64,000 nt of DNA from a bacterium (GTDB lineage Bacteria; Zhuqueibacterota; Zhuqueibacteria; Oceanimicrobiales; Oceanimicrobiaceae): the NCBI GenBank assembly GCA_037446635.1, contig JBBIIG010000001.1, positions 53,638-117,637 of the forward strand, read 5' to 3'. This document shows, piece by piece, positions 1-8,814 of this stretch. Position 1 is the first letter of the stretch, and each line of letters begins with the position of its first letter. The position numbers were made by a program, and so were the translations under genes. A model generated the notes under the pieces. It saw only the letters and a program-made list of their open reading frames with translations, was not told the DNA's origin and searched no databases.

Positions 1-1368
1 GCCGATCGTCCGCACCTGTGGACGCGGATAACGACGGGCACGACCACGGCGCAGGTCTTGTGGGCGGATGACAAAGCGCGCAGCAGTGAGCGTTCGGCGA
101 AGATTGTTAAAAGCGACCAAAATGGCGAAGCGGCGTGGGTTTCGGAGAACATGAACCAGTACTGGACGCGCAGCTTTGGCGCCAATAATCGCGGCGGATT
201 TGCGGAGAATCTGCTCTTGGAGGTGGGTGGCTGGGTGCAAACCGAAGGCGTCAACACCAATCCTGCCTCGGATGCCGAAACCATCTTCCTGGCCTTTTCC
301 TTCTTTGATTCTTCCGGCGTAAAAATATTTGGCACGGACGTGGTGGTGCCGCTGCCGCAGGAGCAGGCGACGGTAGACACGTGGACCGAGATCAAGAGTG
401 ATCCGTTTACGTTACCTGTGCGGGCAGACTCGGTGCTCATCGCCTTCAAGTTTGGGGAACAAGCCACTGGCACCGCGTGGGTGGATGACGTATTTTTGCG
501 CAAAGTTGATCCGAATGCGCCGGGCTGGGAGGGCGACATCTGGAACAACAGCTTCAACGCGCCGGAAGGCTGGTTCTACTGGTGGATGAACTTCCCGCGC
601 GGCGAGATTCCCATCATCGCTACTGTAAGCAATGAAGATGCGCACAGCGGTAGTCAATCGCTCAAGATCATCGAGAACGATAACGACAATGACGAGGTAG
701 TGTTCATCTCGGATTTCATCCCGATTAATCCGAATCAGAATTATCTCTTATCAGCTTTTGTTAAGACCGTGGGCTTCAGCGCGGATTCTTCGTTAGTGAA
801 CGAAGGGTATCGCATCGGCTTTACCGTTACCTGGCATCGCGGCAATGTGGGTTGGACAGAAATTCGCGGCGAAGATTTTAAGTTTGACATTCGCAGCGCA
901 GACACGGACTGGAAGCAATACGCCATGCCGCTGACGCCACCAACTGAAGCCCATTACGTTTCGGTGCGTGCGCGCTACTTTAACTTCGCCACCGGCACCA
1001 GCTTCTGGGATGATTTCTCCCTGAGCCCATTGATGGTGACTGCCGTGGAATCCGCAGGCGAGGTTAGCGGACCGCGTGGCACCCAGCCCACGAAATTTGA
1101 CTTAGCGCAAAACTACCCTAACCCCTTTAACCCCAGCACAACCATCGAGTATCGTGTGCCGACATCGACGCACGTGAAAGTGGAAATTTACAATCTGCTG
1201 GGTCAAAAGGTGCGCACGCTCATCGACGCCCCGCATGTGCAGGGAACCTATCGCGTGCAGTGGAACGGATTGGATGATTTGGGCCGGTCGGTCAGCACCG
1301 GCATCTATCTTTATCGTCTGCAAACCGGCGATCAGGCATTCGTGCGCAAGATGACATTGATCAAGTGA
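1..1368 (+). CDS. 5'-truncated secreted protein with tandem carbohydrate-binding (CBM4/9-like) domains and a C-terminal FlgD-Ig/T9SS-type sorting domain
   Basis: Frame is open from base 1. Two similar Trp-rich beta-sandwich units (..ATGTAWVDDV / ..ATGTSFWDDF). C-terminus FDLAQNYPNPFNPSTTIEY...STGIYLYRL...RKMTLIK. Confidence 0.75.
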   Translation, partial: ADRPHLWTRITTGTTTAQVLWADDKARSSERSAKIVKSDQNGEAAWVSENMNQYWTRSFGANNRGGFAENLLLEVGGWVQTEGVNTNPASDAETIFLAFSFFDSSGVKIFGTDVVVPLPQEQATVDTWTEIKSDPFTLPVRADSVLIAFKFGEQATGTAWVDDVFLRKVDPNAPGWEGDIWNNSFNAPEGWFYWWMNFPRGEIPIIATVSNEDAHSGSQSLKIIENDNDNDEVVFISDFIPINPNQNYLLSAFVKTVGFSADSSLVNEGYRIGFTVTWHRGNVGWTEIRGEDFKFDIRSADTDWKQYAMPLTPPTEAHYVSVRARYFNFATGTSFWDDFSLSPLMVTAVESAGEVSGPRGTQPTKFDLAQNYPNPFNPSTTIEYRVPTSTHVKVEIYNLLGQKVRTLIDAPHVQGTYRVQWNGLDDLGRSVSTGIYLYRLQTGDQAFVRKMTLIK

Positions 1369-1400
1369 ATCGGAGTGCAAATTCAGTTTGTAGCCCGAGA

Positions 1401-1519
1401 GTTGTCATTTCGAGCCGGAGAATATTTGGCGAATAGGCGATGAACCGAATCGCATTAAACGATCTGTTTGCGCCAGATTTCTCACCTCGACAAAAAGCGT
1501 TGAGGTTCGAAATGACAAC
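1401..1519. repeat. MITE/palindromic element with 13-bp terminal inverted repeats (GTTGTCATTTCGA...TCGAAATGACAAC)
   Basis: Perfect TIR at 1401-1413/1507-1519. The 3' half is closely similar to a second copy at 44816-44912. Confidence 0.8.
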
Positions 1520-1528
1520 GATGAGATT

Positions 1529-1558
1529 GGTAGGCGCAGGCTTAAGCCCGCGCCTACC
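1529..1558. repeat. GTAG-type REP palindrome
   Basis: GGTAGGCGCAGGCTTAAGCCCGCGCCTACC, an imperfect palindrome bounded by GTAG/CTAC. Confidence 0.65.
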
Positions 1559-1680
1559 ATCTTGCTCAACGCTCGAATTCTTCTCCCCGAAATTCCAAAA
1601 AATGGAATTTCGGAAGGCTGGGAGTGGGGCGCACCCCACCTGACCTCCCCGATTTTCAAAAGCGAAAACGAGGGAGGAAT

Positions 1681-4416
1681 ATGTATAAATTCAAACCCAA
1701 AGGTAAAGCGATGCTCCCGATCGGGATCGTGCGAAGAAGACTGATTTGTCTTATTTGCTGTTTGCTCGGTTTAATCCAACATCCAGCGTTAGCTGGAATC
1801 ACCGGCAAGATCACCGGTAAAGTGGTGGATAAAAAAACCGGCGAGCCGCTGCCCGGCGCCAACGTCGTGGTGGTCGGCACGCAATTCGGTGCCGCCAGCG
1901 ATGCCCACGGCGAGTATATCATCTTGCGCATTCCGCCCGGCGCTTACACAGTCAAAGCCTCAATGATCGGGTATACCGATTTGCAATACAGCAACGTGCA
2001 GGTGGCAGTGGATCGCACCACCAAGCTGAATTTCGAGTTATCAGAAACTGTGGTCGAACTTGGCGAGACGGTCACTATTGTTGCGGAGCGGCCGCTGGTG
2101 CAGTTGGATCAAACTTCCACCTCGGCCTCCGTGGGTGCGGAGGTGATTAGCAAGCTCCCGGTCGACCGCTTTCAGGACGTGGTTAACTTGCAGGCCGGTG
2201 TGGTGGAAGGCCACTTCCGCGGCGGCCGCATTGGGGAGGTGGCCTATTTGATCAACGGCGTAACCGTCAACGATGTTTTCTCCGGCGATTTTTCGTTAGA
2301 GGTGGAAAATCACGCCATCCAGGAGTTGGAAGTAATCAGCGGCACCTTCAACGCCGAATACGGCCAGGCGATGTCCGGTGTGGTAAACATCATCACCAAA
2401 GAGGGAGGAAATACTTATCACGGCAGCATCACCGGCTATTTGGGCGACTACCTCAGCACCCGCGATGAGATCTTTCATCACGTGGACGCCGTCAATCCGA
2501 TTTACAACTTTCAGGGGAATTTCAGCGGTCCGATTCCCGGCTTCGGGGATAAGTTCACGTTCTTTGCTTCCGGGCGCTATTTTAGAGAGGACGGCTGGAT
2601 TTTCGGCCAGCGCATTTTCCTGCCTTCTGATTCTTCCTTTTTTGGCGGTGACAATCCTAATGGCTGGTTTGTGACCAGCCGTGGCCAGGGCTTCCGTTAC
2701 AGTGATGAGTTGGTGGACAGCTTGAAGGCCAACTCGCCCGCAGTACCAATGAATCCGCAGGAACGCTGGACTGGCCAGGCCAAGCTCACGTATCAGTTTT
2801 CGGCGGCGGACAAAGTGAGCTACGAGTTGCTGCTGCAGCGCCGCGATTTTCGCGTTTATGAGCATCTTTTCCGATTGAATCCCGATGGCAGTTACCGCCG
2901 CTTTCAAAATGGCAGCGATCACATCTTCACCTGGAACCACGTCTTCAGCGGCCGCACCTTTTCAGCTCTGAAACTGGCACATTTTCGCAACCGCTACGAG
3001 CAATTCGTACACGACGATTTCTTGAATGCGCCTTATGTCTCTGTCAACCGGCTGCGCGACGCCAGCAACAACGCTTTTTTCACCGGTGGCCAGCAGATGT
3101 GGCAGTACCGCCGCGAGACCCAAACCACTATCGGCAAATTCGATCTCACCAGTCAGGCGACGAATCGCCATCAAATCAAAAGCGGGGTGGAGGCGCGTCG
3201 ACACCGGCTGTGGCTGGAGGAATTTGAAGTCATCCCCGATGAGCCGCAGAATCGCAAGCCGCCTCTTAGCTCGTTCAACAACAACCAGTTTGTGGTGCAC
3301 CCGCTGGAGTTTTCGGCGTATGTGCAGGATAAAATGGAATTCGATTTCATGGTGGTGAACCTTGGTTTACGCTATGATTTTTTCAACCCCGATTACGTAG
3401 TGCCTATCGATTTGAGCGACCCGGTGAATTCGCCGAAGCGCGCGGCTGGAAAAAGCAGCCAACTCAGCCCGCGGTTTGGCATCGCCTATCCCATTTCCGA
3501 GCGCGGCGCCATTCACTTGTCGTACGGACACTTTTTTCAAATTCCGGTTTTTGATTTTCTATATCGCAATCCCGAGTTTGAAGTCTTTCCGCTACAATCC
3601 AGCATCAGTACCCCGCCCAACAGTCTGCTCAACACCGTGGGCAACGCGGAGCTGAAGCCGCAGAAAACGGTGATTTATGAAATCGGTCTGCAGCAGCAGT
3701 TGACGGACAACCTCGCCATCGATATCACGGCATACCTGAAAGACATTCGCAACTTGCTGGGTACGGAGGTGCTACGCAACGTTGAGCAGGATCGCTTCGC
3801 ACGCTACATCAACCGCGACTATGGCAGCGTGAAGGGGGTGACCGTGGCGCTGGAGAAGCGGCTCGCCGGCGGATTTTCGGCCAATGTTGATTACACGTTT
3901 CAAATTGCGCGCGGCAATGCTTCGGATCCGAATGATGCGTTTTTGAATGAGCAGTCCGATCCCCCCATTGAAACCACCAAACAGTTGGTGCCGCTCGATT
4001 GGGATCGCACGCATAGTCTGAATGCCACGGTGACCGCCGGCAACCCCAACAATTTCGTAGTGGGGGTGATCGGCAAGTTGGGCAGCGGCCTGCCGTACAC
4101 GCCTACAAAACAAAATATTCGCGAGTCCGTGGAAAACGGCGGCCGCAAACCGTTGTTCTACAACATCGATTTGTATGCCACCAAAAACTTTAAAATCGGC
4201 GGTTTGAATTACAGCTTCTTTGTAAGATTTTATAATCTCACTGATCGCAAAAATGAGTTGGAAGTGTACAGCGACACCGGCCGCGCCGGCTTCACCATCG
4301 ACGTGTTTAGCTCGGGCACGCCGCGCGGCGTCAACAATTTGCAGGAGTTTATTCTGCGCCCGGACTTCTATTCCGCGCCGCGGCGGATTGAGACCGGGAT
4401 GACGATCAGTTTTTGA
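1681..4416 (+). CDS. TonB-dependent outer-membrane receptor (CarboxypepD_reg-like N-terminal domain, plug, barrel)
   Basis: Signal peptide; GKITGKVVDKKTGEPLPGANV; plug motifs (HFRGGR, SGTFNAEYGQAMSGVVNIITKEG); GNAELKPQKT; C-terminal Phe. Start placed at ATG 1681 after RBS GAGGGAGG. Confidence 0.92.
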   Translation: MYKFKPKGKAMLPIGIVRRRLICLICCLLGLIQHPALAGITGKITGKVVDKKTGEPLPGANVVVVGTQFGAASDAHGEYIILRIPPGAYTVKASMIGYTDLQYSNVQVAVDRTTKLNFELSETVVELGETVTIVAERPLVQLDQTSTSASVGAEVISKLPVDRFQDVVNLQAGVVEGHFRGGRIGEVAYLINGVTVNDVFSGDFSLEVENHAIQELEVISGTFNAEYGQAMSGVVNIITKEGGNTYHGSITGYLGDYLSTRDEIFHHVDAVNPIYNFQGNFSGPIPGFGDKFTFFASGRYFREDGWIFGQRIFLPSDSSFFGGDNPNGWFVTSRGQGFRYSDELVDSLKANSPAVPMNPQERWTGQAKLTYQFSAADKVSYELLLQRRDFRVYEHLFRLNPDGSYRRFQNGSDHIFTWNHVFSGRTFSALKLAHFRNRYEQFVHDDFLNAPYVSVNRLRDASNNAFFTGGQQMWQYRRETQTTIGKFDLTSQATNRHQIKSGVEARRHRLWLEEFEVIPDEPQNRKPPLSSFNNNQFVVHPLEFSAYVQDKMEFDFMVVNLGLRYDFFNPDYVVPIDLSDPVNSPKRAAGKSSQLSPRFGIAYPISERGAIHLSYGHFFQIPVFDFLYRNPEFEVFPLQSSISTPPNSLLNTVGNAELKPQKTVIYEIGLQQQLTDNLAIDITAYLKDIRNLLGTEVLRNVEQDRFARYINRDYGSVKGVTVALEKRLAGGFSANVDYTFQIARGNASDPNDAFLNEQSDPPIETTKQLVPLDWDRTHSLNATVTAGNPNNFVVGVIGKLGSGLPYTPTKQNIRESVENGGRKPLFYNIDLYATKNFKIGGLNYSFFVRFYNLTDRKNELEVYSDTGRAGFTIDVFSSGTPRGVNNLQEFILRPDFYSAPRRIETGMTISF

Positions 4417-4422
4417 CTATGA

Positions 4423-4494
4423 TTGGAGTGCTGGAGTACTGGGGTGGCGGATCCGGAATCTAACTATCCATTACTCCAACCCTCCATTGTTCCA
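4423..4494. repeat. Octamer-periodic imperfect inverted repeat (TGGAGT-like / TCCA arrays)
   Basis: ttggagtg ctggagta ctggggtg ... tccattac tccaaccc tccattgt tcca. Confidence 0.55.
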
Positions 4495-4509
4495 CTAAAT
4501 GAGCATGCT

Positions 4510-7500
4510 ATGAAAACTAAACTTCTTTCATTCGCAGCGGTTTTCTTTGTTTTGATGAACGAGCCGGCATTTTCACAGCGCACGCCGGACCCCAACGTTG
4601 GCCATCGCCGCAACACCCGCGAGGGCATCATGGACGGCAATCTTGTGCGCACGTTGTTCAAAAATCACGGCGAGGTCGCCAACTGGCCGAATCAGCCTTC
4701 CGGTGAGTGGCCGAAAGGTTCCGGCCACTCATACGTCGATGGCGTGCCGATCGTCGTGCAAGTCGAAACCCGCGATATTCACGGTAACCTTATTCATCCC
4801 ATGGAAACGATGTATCGCGAGTTCGTTGATCTCTCGCCGGAACTCGTGCCGTGGGGATGGGCGCCGCTGCCCGGTTATTTTAATCCGGCGCAAAATGAAC
4901 CGGCGTTGAGCGATGATCCCAACACCTGGCCGGCGGCCTGGCCGGACCGGCCGCCAGAGTGGGCGGGTTTCTGGAATGGCTTTTTCGGCCGCGGCGTGTT
5001 CAACGCGCAGTTGGAGACCTACTTTGTGTATGATGACGACCCCGATGAAGAGTTTGATTTTTTTCCGGATGCCCGCGACCCCGAGCGCCGCGGCATCGGC
5101 GTGGAAGTGGCGACGCGCGGATTCCAATGGTCTAACGTCCTGGCAGAAGATAACATTTTCTGGCTCTATGAAATCACCAACGAAGCCACCACCGATTACG
5201 ACAAAGCGCTTTACGCGCAATACATCGATTGGGGAGTGGGCGGCACCGACGACTCCGGCGACGACAGCGGCTCGTACGATACACGGCTGGATATCGCCTT
5301 CGCCTGGGACTCCGACGACCGCGGCACCCCGGGCAATTGGCGGCCGGTAGGATACGCCGGCTATGGCTTTTTGGAAAGCCCGGGCAATGCCACCGATGGC
5401 ATAGATAATGACGAGGATGGCATGATCGACGAGCGCCGCGACGATGGTATCGACAACGATAGCGACTGGCGGCCTTTTTCCGATCTCAACGGCAACGGCA
5501 CCTGGGATACCGGCGAGCCACTGAACGACGACCTGGGCGCCGATGGCGTGGGGCCGTTCGATCTCCAATACACCGAGCCAGATGCCGGTGAAGCCGATGG
5601 CCTTCCCACCGCCGGCGAGCCCAATTTCGACGCTACCGATCCCGACGAATCGGATCAAATCGGACTCACTGGCTTTTCTATTTTCCCAGTGCATTTTTAT
5701 GAATTGATCAACGATGAAGAAAATTGGTCCGTTTTCAACAAAGCGTTGCCGCCGCGCAACGAGCTCCTCCAGTCGGTGAACCTCGGCATGTTTTTCTCCT
5801 CCGGACTGTTTCCGCTGAAGGCCGGGCAGACCGAAAGCTTCTCCATGGCGTTATTGTTTGGAGAAGATCGCGACGATCTGGTGCGCACCAAAGAAACGGT
5901 GCAGCAGATTTTCGACGCCGACTACCGCTTTGCCGAGCCGCCGCTGAAAGCCACCCTCAAAGCTGTGCCCGGCGATGGCAAGGTGACGTTATATTGGGAT
6001 GACGCGGCGGAGCGCTCGTTTGACCGCTTTTTGCAGGAGTTTGACTTTGAGGGCTACAACATTTATAAGGCCACCGATCCGGAATTCCTCGAACCGCGCA
6101 TCATCACCGACAGCTTTGGCAACCTGACCTTCCGCAAGCCAGTGGCGCAGTTCGATCTCAAAAACGGCATCAAAGGGCCGCACCCCATCGACATCAACGG
6201 CATCAAATTTAACGTGGGGAATGACACCGGCCTCCGCCACGTGTGGACGGACACCGATGTGCAAAATGGCCAGACTTATTATTATGCGGTGGTGGCCTAC
6301 GACCGTGGCTTCGTTGAAACTTCGGTTACCGGCGCCCTCGAAGGCATTCCGCCCTCCGAAACCACTGCCATTTTGAAGACCGATATCCTCGGCAACGTGG
6401 TTGCCACCGATCTCAACACCGTGCGCGTTGTTCCCAATGCGCCGGCTGCCGGCTACATCGCGCCGGAGATTCCGGCGGGTGGCGAAATCACTCACAGTGG
6501 GCCGGGCACCGGCGCCGTTTTTCCGGAGCTTGTCGATCATCGGCTGATTTCCGAAATCTCTACCTACCGCGTGTTGTTTGAAGACGACTCGCCATTTCAT
6601 ATTGACACCACGCCGAAATTCAGCATCATCAATCAAACCAAAGGCGAAGTGCTGCTGGAAAATCTGGAGTTGCGTGAACAAGGTCAGGTCAGTCCGTTTT
6701 TCGATGGCCTCATCGTCAACTTTTTTAATGATACGACCGTGTCGTTGCTGAACGAGGAAAGCGGCTGGTTGGTGGGCAATAGCAACTACCTCGTCAATGT
6801 GGGATTCGACGGCTTGTTTTCCGGACGCAATGTTCCTCTTCCCAGTGATTTTGAGCTACGCTTTTTCGATACCGTAGTGGATACCTCAGTGCGTTTGTTG
6901 TTTGGACAGCAGCAGATTCCCACTAATTTTCAACTGGTGAATCTCACCGACGATCGCGCCGAAGCGTTCATGTTTTTCGATCAAGATCGCAATCAGCAGT
7001 TTACGCCGGGCGACCGCATCGTTTTAGCGATGGGCGACTCTGCCGGCAAGCCGCCGGTCTCCGGTAATTTCAAAACCAGTTGGTCGATTTCTTTTAGAGT
7101 GGACAGCACCATCACCGAGCCGCGACCGCCGCAGCCGGGCGACATCTATCGCATCACCACTACCAAGCCCTTCCGTACCGGCGAGTATTTCGAGTTCACC
7201 GTGCGTCCGCAAAGCTTTGATACCCAAAAGGCGGTGAGGGAGTTGGAACGCGTTGCGGTGGTGCCCAACCCTTACGTGATTGCCGCCACCTGGGAGCCGC
7301 CCAATCGCTTTCGTTTTGGCCGCGGCGAGCGCCGCATCTCGTTCATTCATCTGCCGCCGAAATGCACCATTCGCATCTACACTGTGCGCGGCCAGTTAGT
7401 GGATACCATCGAGCACGATACCGCCATCGATGACGGCGCCGCCACCTGGGATTTAGTCTCGAAAGACGGCATGGACATCGCGTATGGGCTTTACATCTTT

Positions 7501-7557
7501 CATGTGGAGGCGCCAGGCCTCGGCAGCAAAGTCGGAAAGTTTGCGATCATAAAATGA
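4510..7557 (+). CDS. Large secreted protein of unknown function with Asp-rich Ca-binding-like loops, an Fn3-like segment and a VVPNPY-type C-terminal sorting domain
   Basis: Signal peptide MKTKLLSFAAVFFVLM; DGIDNDEDGMIDE and DLNGNGTWDTGE; VPGDGKVTLYWD...GQTYYYAVVAYD; C-terminal VVPNPY...LPPKCTIRIYT...WDL...GLYIFHV...GKFAIIK. Confidence 0.8.
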   Translation: MKTKLLSFAAVFFVLMNEPAFSQRTPDPNVGHRRNTREGIMDGNLVRTLFKNHGEVANWPNQPSGEWPKGSGHSYVDGVPIVVQVETRDIHGNLIHPMETMYREFVDLSPELVPWGWAPLPGYFNPAQNEPALSDDPNTWPAAWPDRPPEWAGFWNGFFGRGVFNAQLETYFVYDDDPDEEFDFFPDARDPERRGIGVEVATRGFQWSNVLAEDNIFWLYEITNEATTDYDKALYAQYIDWGVGGTDDSGDDSGSYDTRLDIAFAWDSDDRGTPGNWRPVGYAGYGFLESPGNATDGIDNDEDGMIDERRDDGIDNDSDWRPFSDLNGNGTWDTGEPLNDDLGADGVGPFDLQYTEPDAGEADGLPTAGEPNFDATDPDESDQIGLTGFSIFPVHFYELINDEENWSVFNKALPPRNELLQSVNLGMFFSSGLFPLKAGQTESFSMALLFGEDRDDLVRTKETVQQIFDADYRFAEPPLKATLKAVPGDGKVTLYWDDAAERSFDRFLQEFDFEGYNIYKATDPEFLEPRIITDSFGNLTFRKPVAQFDLKNGIKGPHPIDINGIKFNVGNDTGLRHVWTDTDVQNGQTYYYAVVAYDRGFVETSVTGALEGIPPSETTAILKTDILGNVVATDLNTVRVVPNAPAAGYIAPEIPAGGEITHSGPGTGAVFPELVDHRLISEISTYRVLFEDDSPFHIDTTPKFSIINQTKGEVLLENLELREQGQVSPFFDGLIVNFFNDTTVSLLNEESGWLVGNSNYLVNVGFDGLFSGRNVPLPSDFELRFFDTVVDTSVRLLFGQQQIPTNFQLVNLTDDRAEAFMFFDQDRNQQFTPGDRIVLAMGDSAGKPPVSGNFKTSWSISFRVDSTITEPRPPQPGDIYRITTTKPFRTGEYFEFTVRPQSFDTQKAVRELERVAVVPNPYVIAATWEPPNRFRFGRGERRISFIHLPPKCTIRIYTVRGQLVDTIEHDTAIDDGAATWDLVSKDGMDIAYGLYIFHVEAPGLGSKVGKFAIIK

Positions 7558-7563
7558 TTTAAT

Positions 7564-7594
7564 CTGTAGGTCGACCTGACTGGTTGACCTACAG
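7564..7594. repeat. GTAG-type REP palindrome (GTAGGTCGACC family)
   Basis: CTGTAGGTCGACCTGACTGGTTGACCTACAG; near-identical to the copies at 18793-18878. Confidence 0.8.
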
Positions 7595-7626
7595 CTCACA
7601 ATGTAAAAAACTTTAGGTGCGGTTTT

Positions 7627-8673
7627 ATGAAAAGAAATCCGTTACCACGACTCACGGTTTTCGCCATCACGTTGGGCGTGTTGGCCGCCTCCTCTCACGT
7701 CGCAGCGCAGCAGCGCGGCAGCGTGACCAAAGTGGGCACCACCGCTGCCTCGTTTTTGGGAATCGGCGTGGGTTCGCGCGCCATTGGCATGGGCGGCGCT
7801 TTCGTCTCCATCGCCGATGATGCCACCGCGCTCTACTGGAATCCCGCCGGCCTCGCCAACCTCCAGAAAAACGAGGTCGTGTTGGTGCACACCGAATGGC
7901 TGGCCGACATCAATTTTGATTTCGCCGGCATCGTCATTCCACTGGGCGACGCGGGTACCTTAGGCGGCATGGTGACCGTGTTGAGTACTGCAGATCTACC
8001 CGAACGCACCATCGATATGCCGGAGGGCACGGGCAACTTTTTTAGCGTTGGCGATCTGGCTATCGGACTCAGCTACGCGCGCAAGTTGACCGACCGCTTC
8101 ACCATTGGCGGCTCGGTGAAATACATTAACCAGCGCATTTCGCAAATGTCGGCTCACGGCATCGCTGTTGATCTCGGCACCCTCTTTGATACCGGCCTCT
8201 ACGGCCTACGCATCGGCGCGGCGCTCACCAATTTCGGCACCGATATGCGTCTCGCCGGCAAAGATGCGCTGGTGCTGGTGGACATCGATCCCATCCACAC
8301 TGGTAACAACGAGCGCGTGGAGGCGCGACTGGACACCGACTCCTGGCCGCTGCCGTTATATTTTCAGGCCGGTGTCGCGAAGGATGTCATCAGCCGCGAG
8401 AACAATCGCATCACTGTGGCCATAGAGTTTGTGCACCCAACCGATAACACCGAGAGCCTCAATCTCGGCTTTGAATATCAACTGTGGAAAACCGTTTCGC
8501 TGCGCGGCGGCTACAGCAATTTACTGCTCGATGATAGCGAAGAGGGCCTGACGTTTGGCGGCGGAGTCGCCACGCGCTTTTTGGGCAATGTGAAATTGAA
8601 ATTAGATTATGCTTATGCTGACTTTGGCCGGCTCGATAATACGCAGCGGTTTACTTTAGCATTAGAATTTTAG
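7627..8673 (+). CDS. PorV/PorQ-like (FadL superfamily, UPF0164) outer-membrane beta-barrel
   Basis: GTTAASFLGIGVGSRAIGMGGAFVSIADDATALYWNPAGLA motif; alternating beta strands; C-terminal Phe. Confidence 0.85.
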   Translation: MKRNPLPRLTVFAITLGVLAASSHVAAQQRGSVTKVGTTAASFLGIGVGSRAIGMGGAFVSIADDATALYWNPAGLANLQKNEVVLVHTEWLADINFDFAGIVIPLGDAGTLGGMVTVLSTADLPERTIDMPEGTGNFFSVGDLAIGLSYARKLTDRFTIGGSVKYINQRISQMSAHGIAVDLGTLFDTGLYGLRIGAALTNFGTDMRLAGKDALVLVDIDPIHTGNNERVEARLDTDSWPLPLYFQAGVAKDVISRENNRITVAIEFVHPTDNTESLNLGFEYQLWKTVSLRGGYSNLLLDDSEEGLTFGGGVATRFLGNVKLKLDYAYADFGRLDNTQRFTLALEF

Positions 8674-8814
8674 TTCGCATAGCTCAGAATGCATGGCGCC
8701 AATAGGCAAAGCATGGACTTTTTCAAAATTAACATGACGTCGCTTTCGTTCCTATATTTTGGGTTTTTACTCGGCCTTATGCTGTGGCGGCGCAGGTCGC
8801 ATTTCACAAAGTGC

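Noticed and set aside
1361..1744. Several short ORFs in the first intergenic region
   Set aside because: They are translations of palindromic repeat elements.
4729..5694. 321-aa antisense ORF, and similar shadow ORFs such as 37244-38143 and 54474-55151
   Set aside because: They lie wholly opposite well-supported genes, as expected from GC-rich codon bias, and show no motifs.
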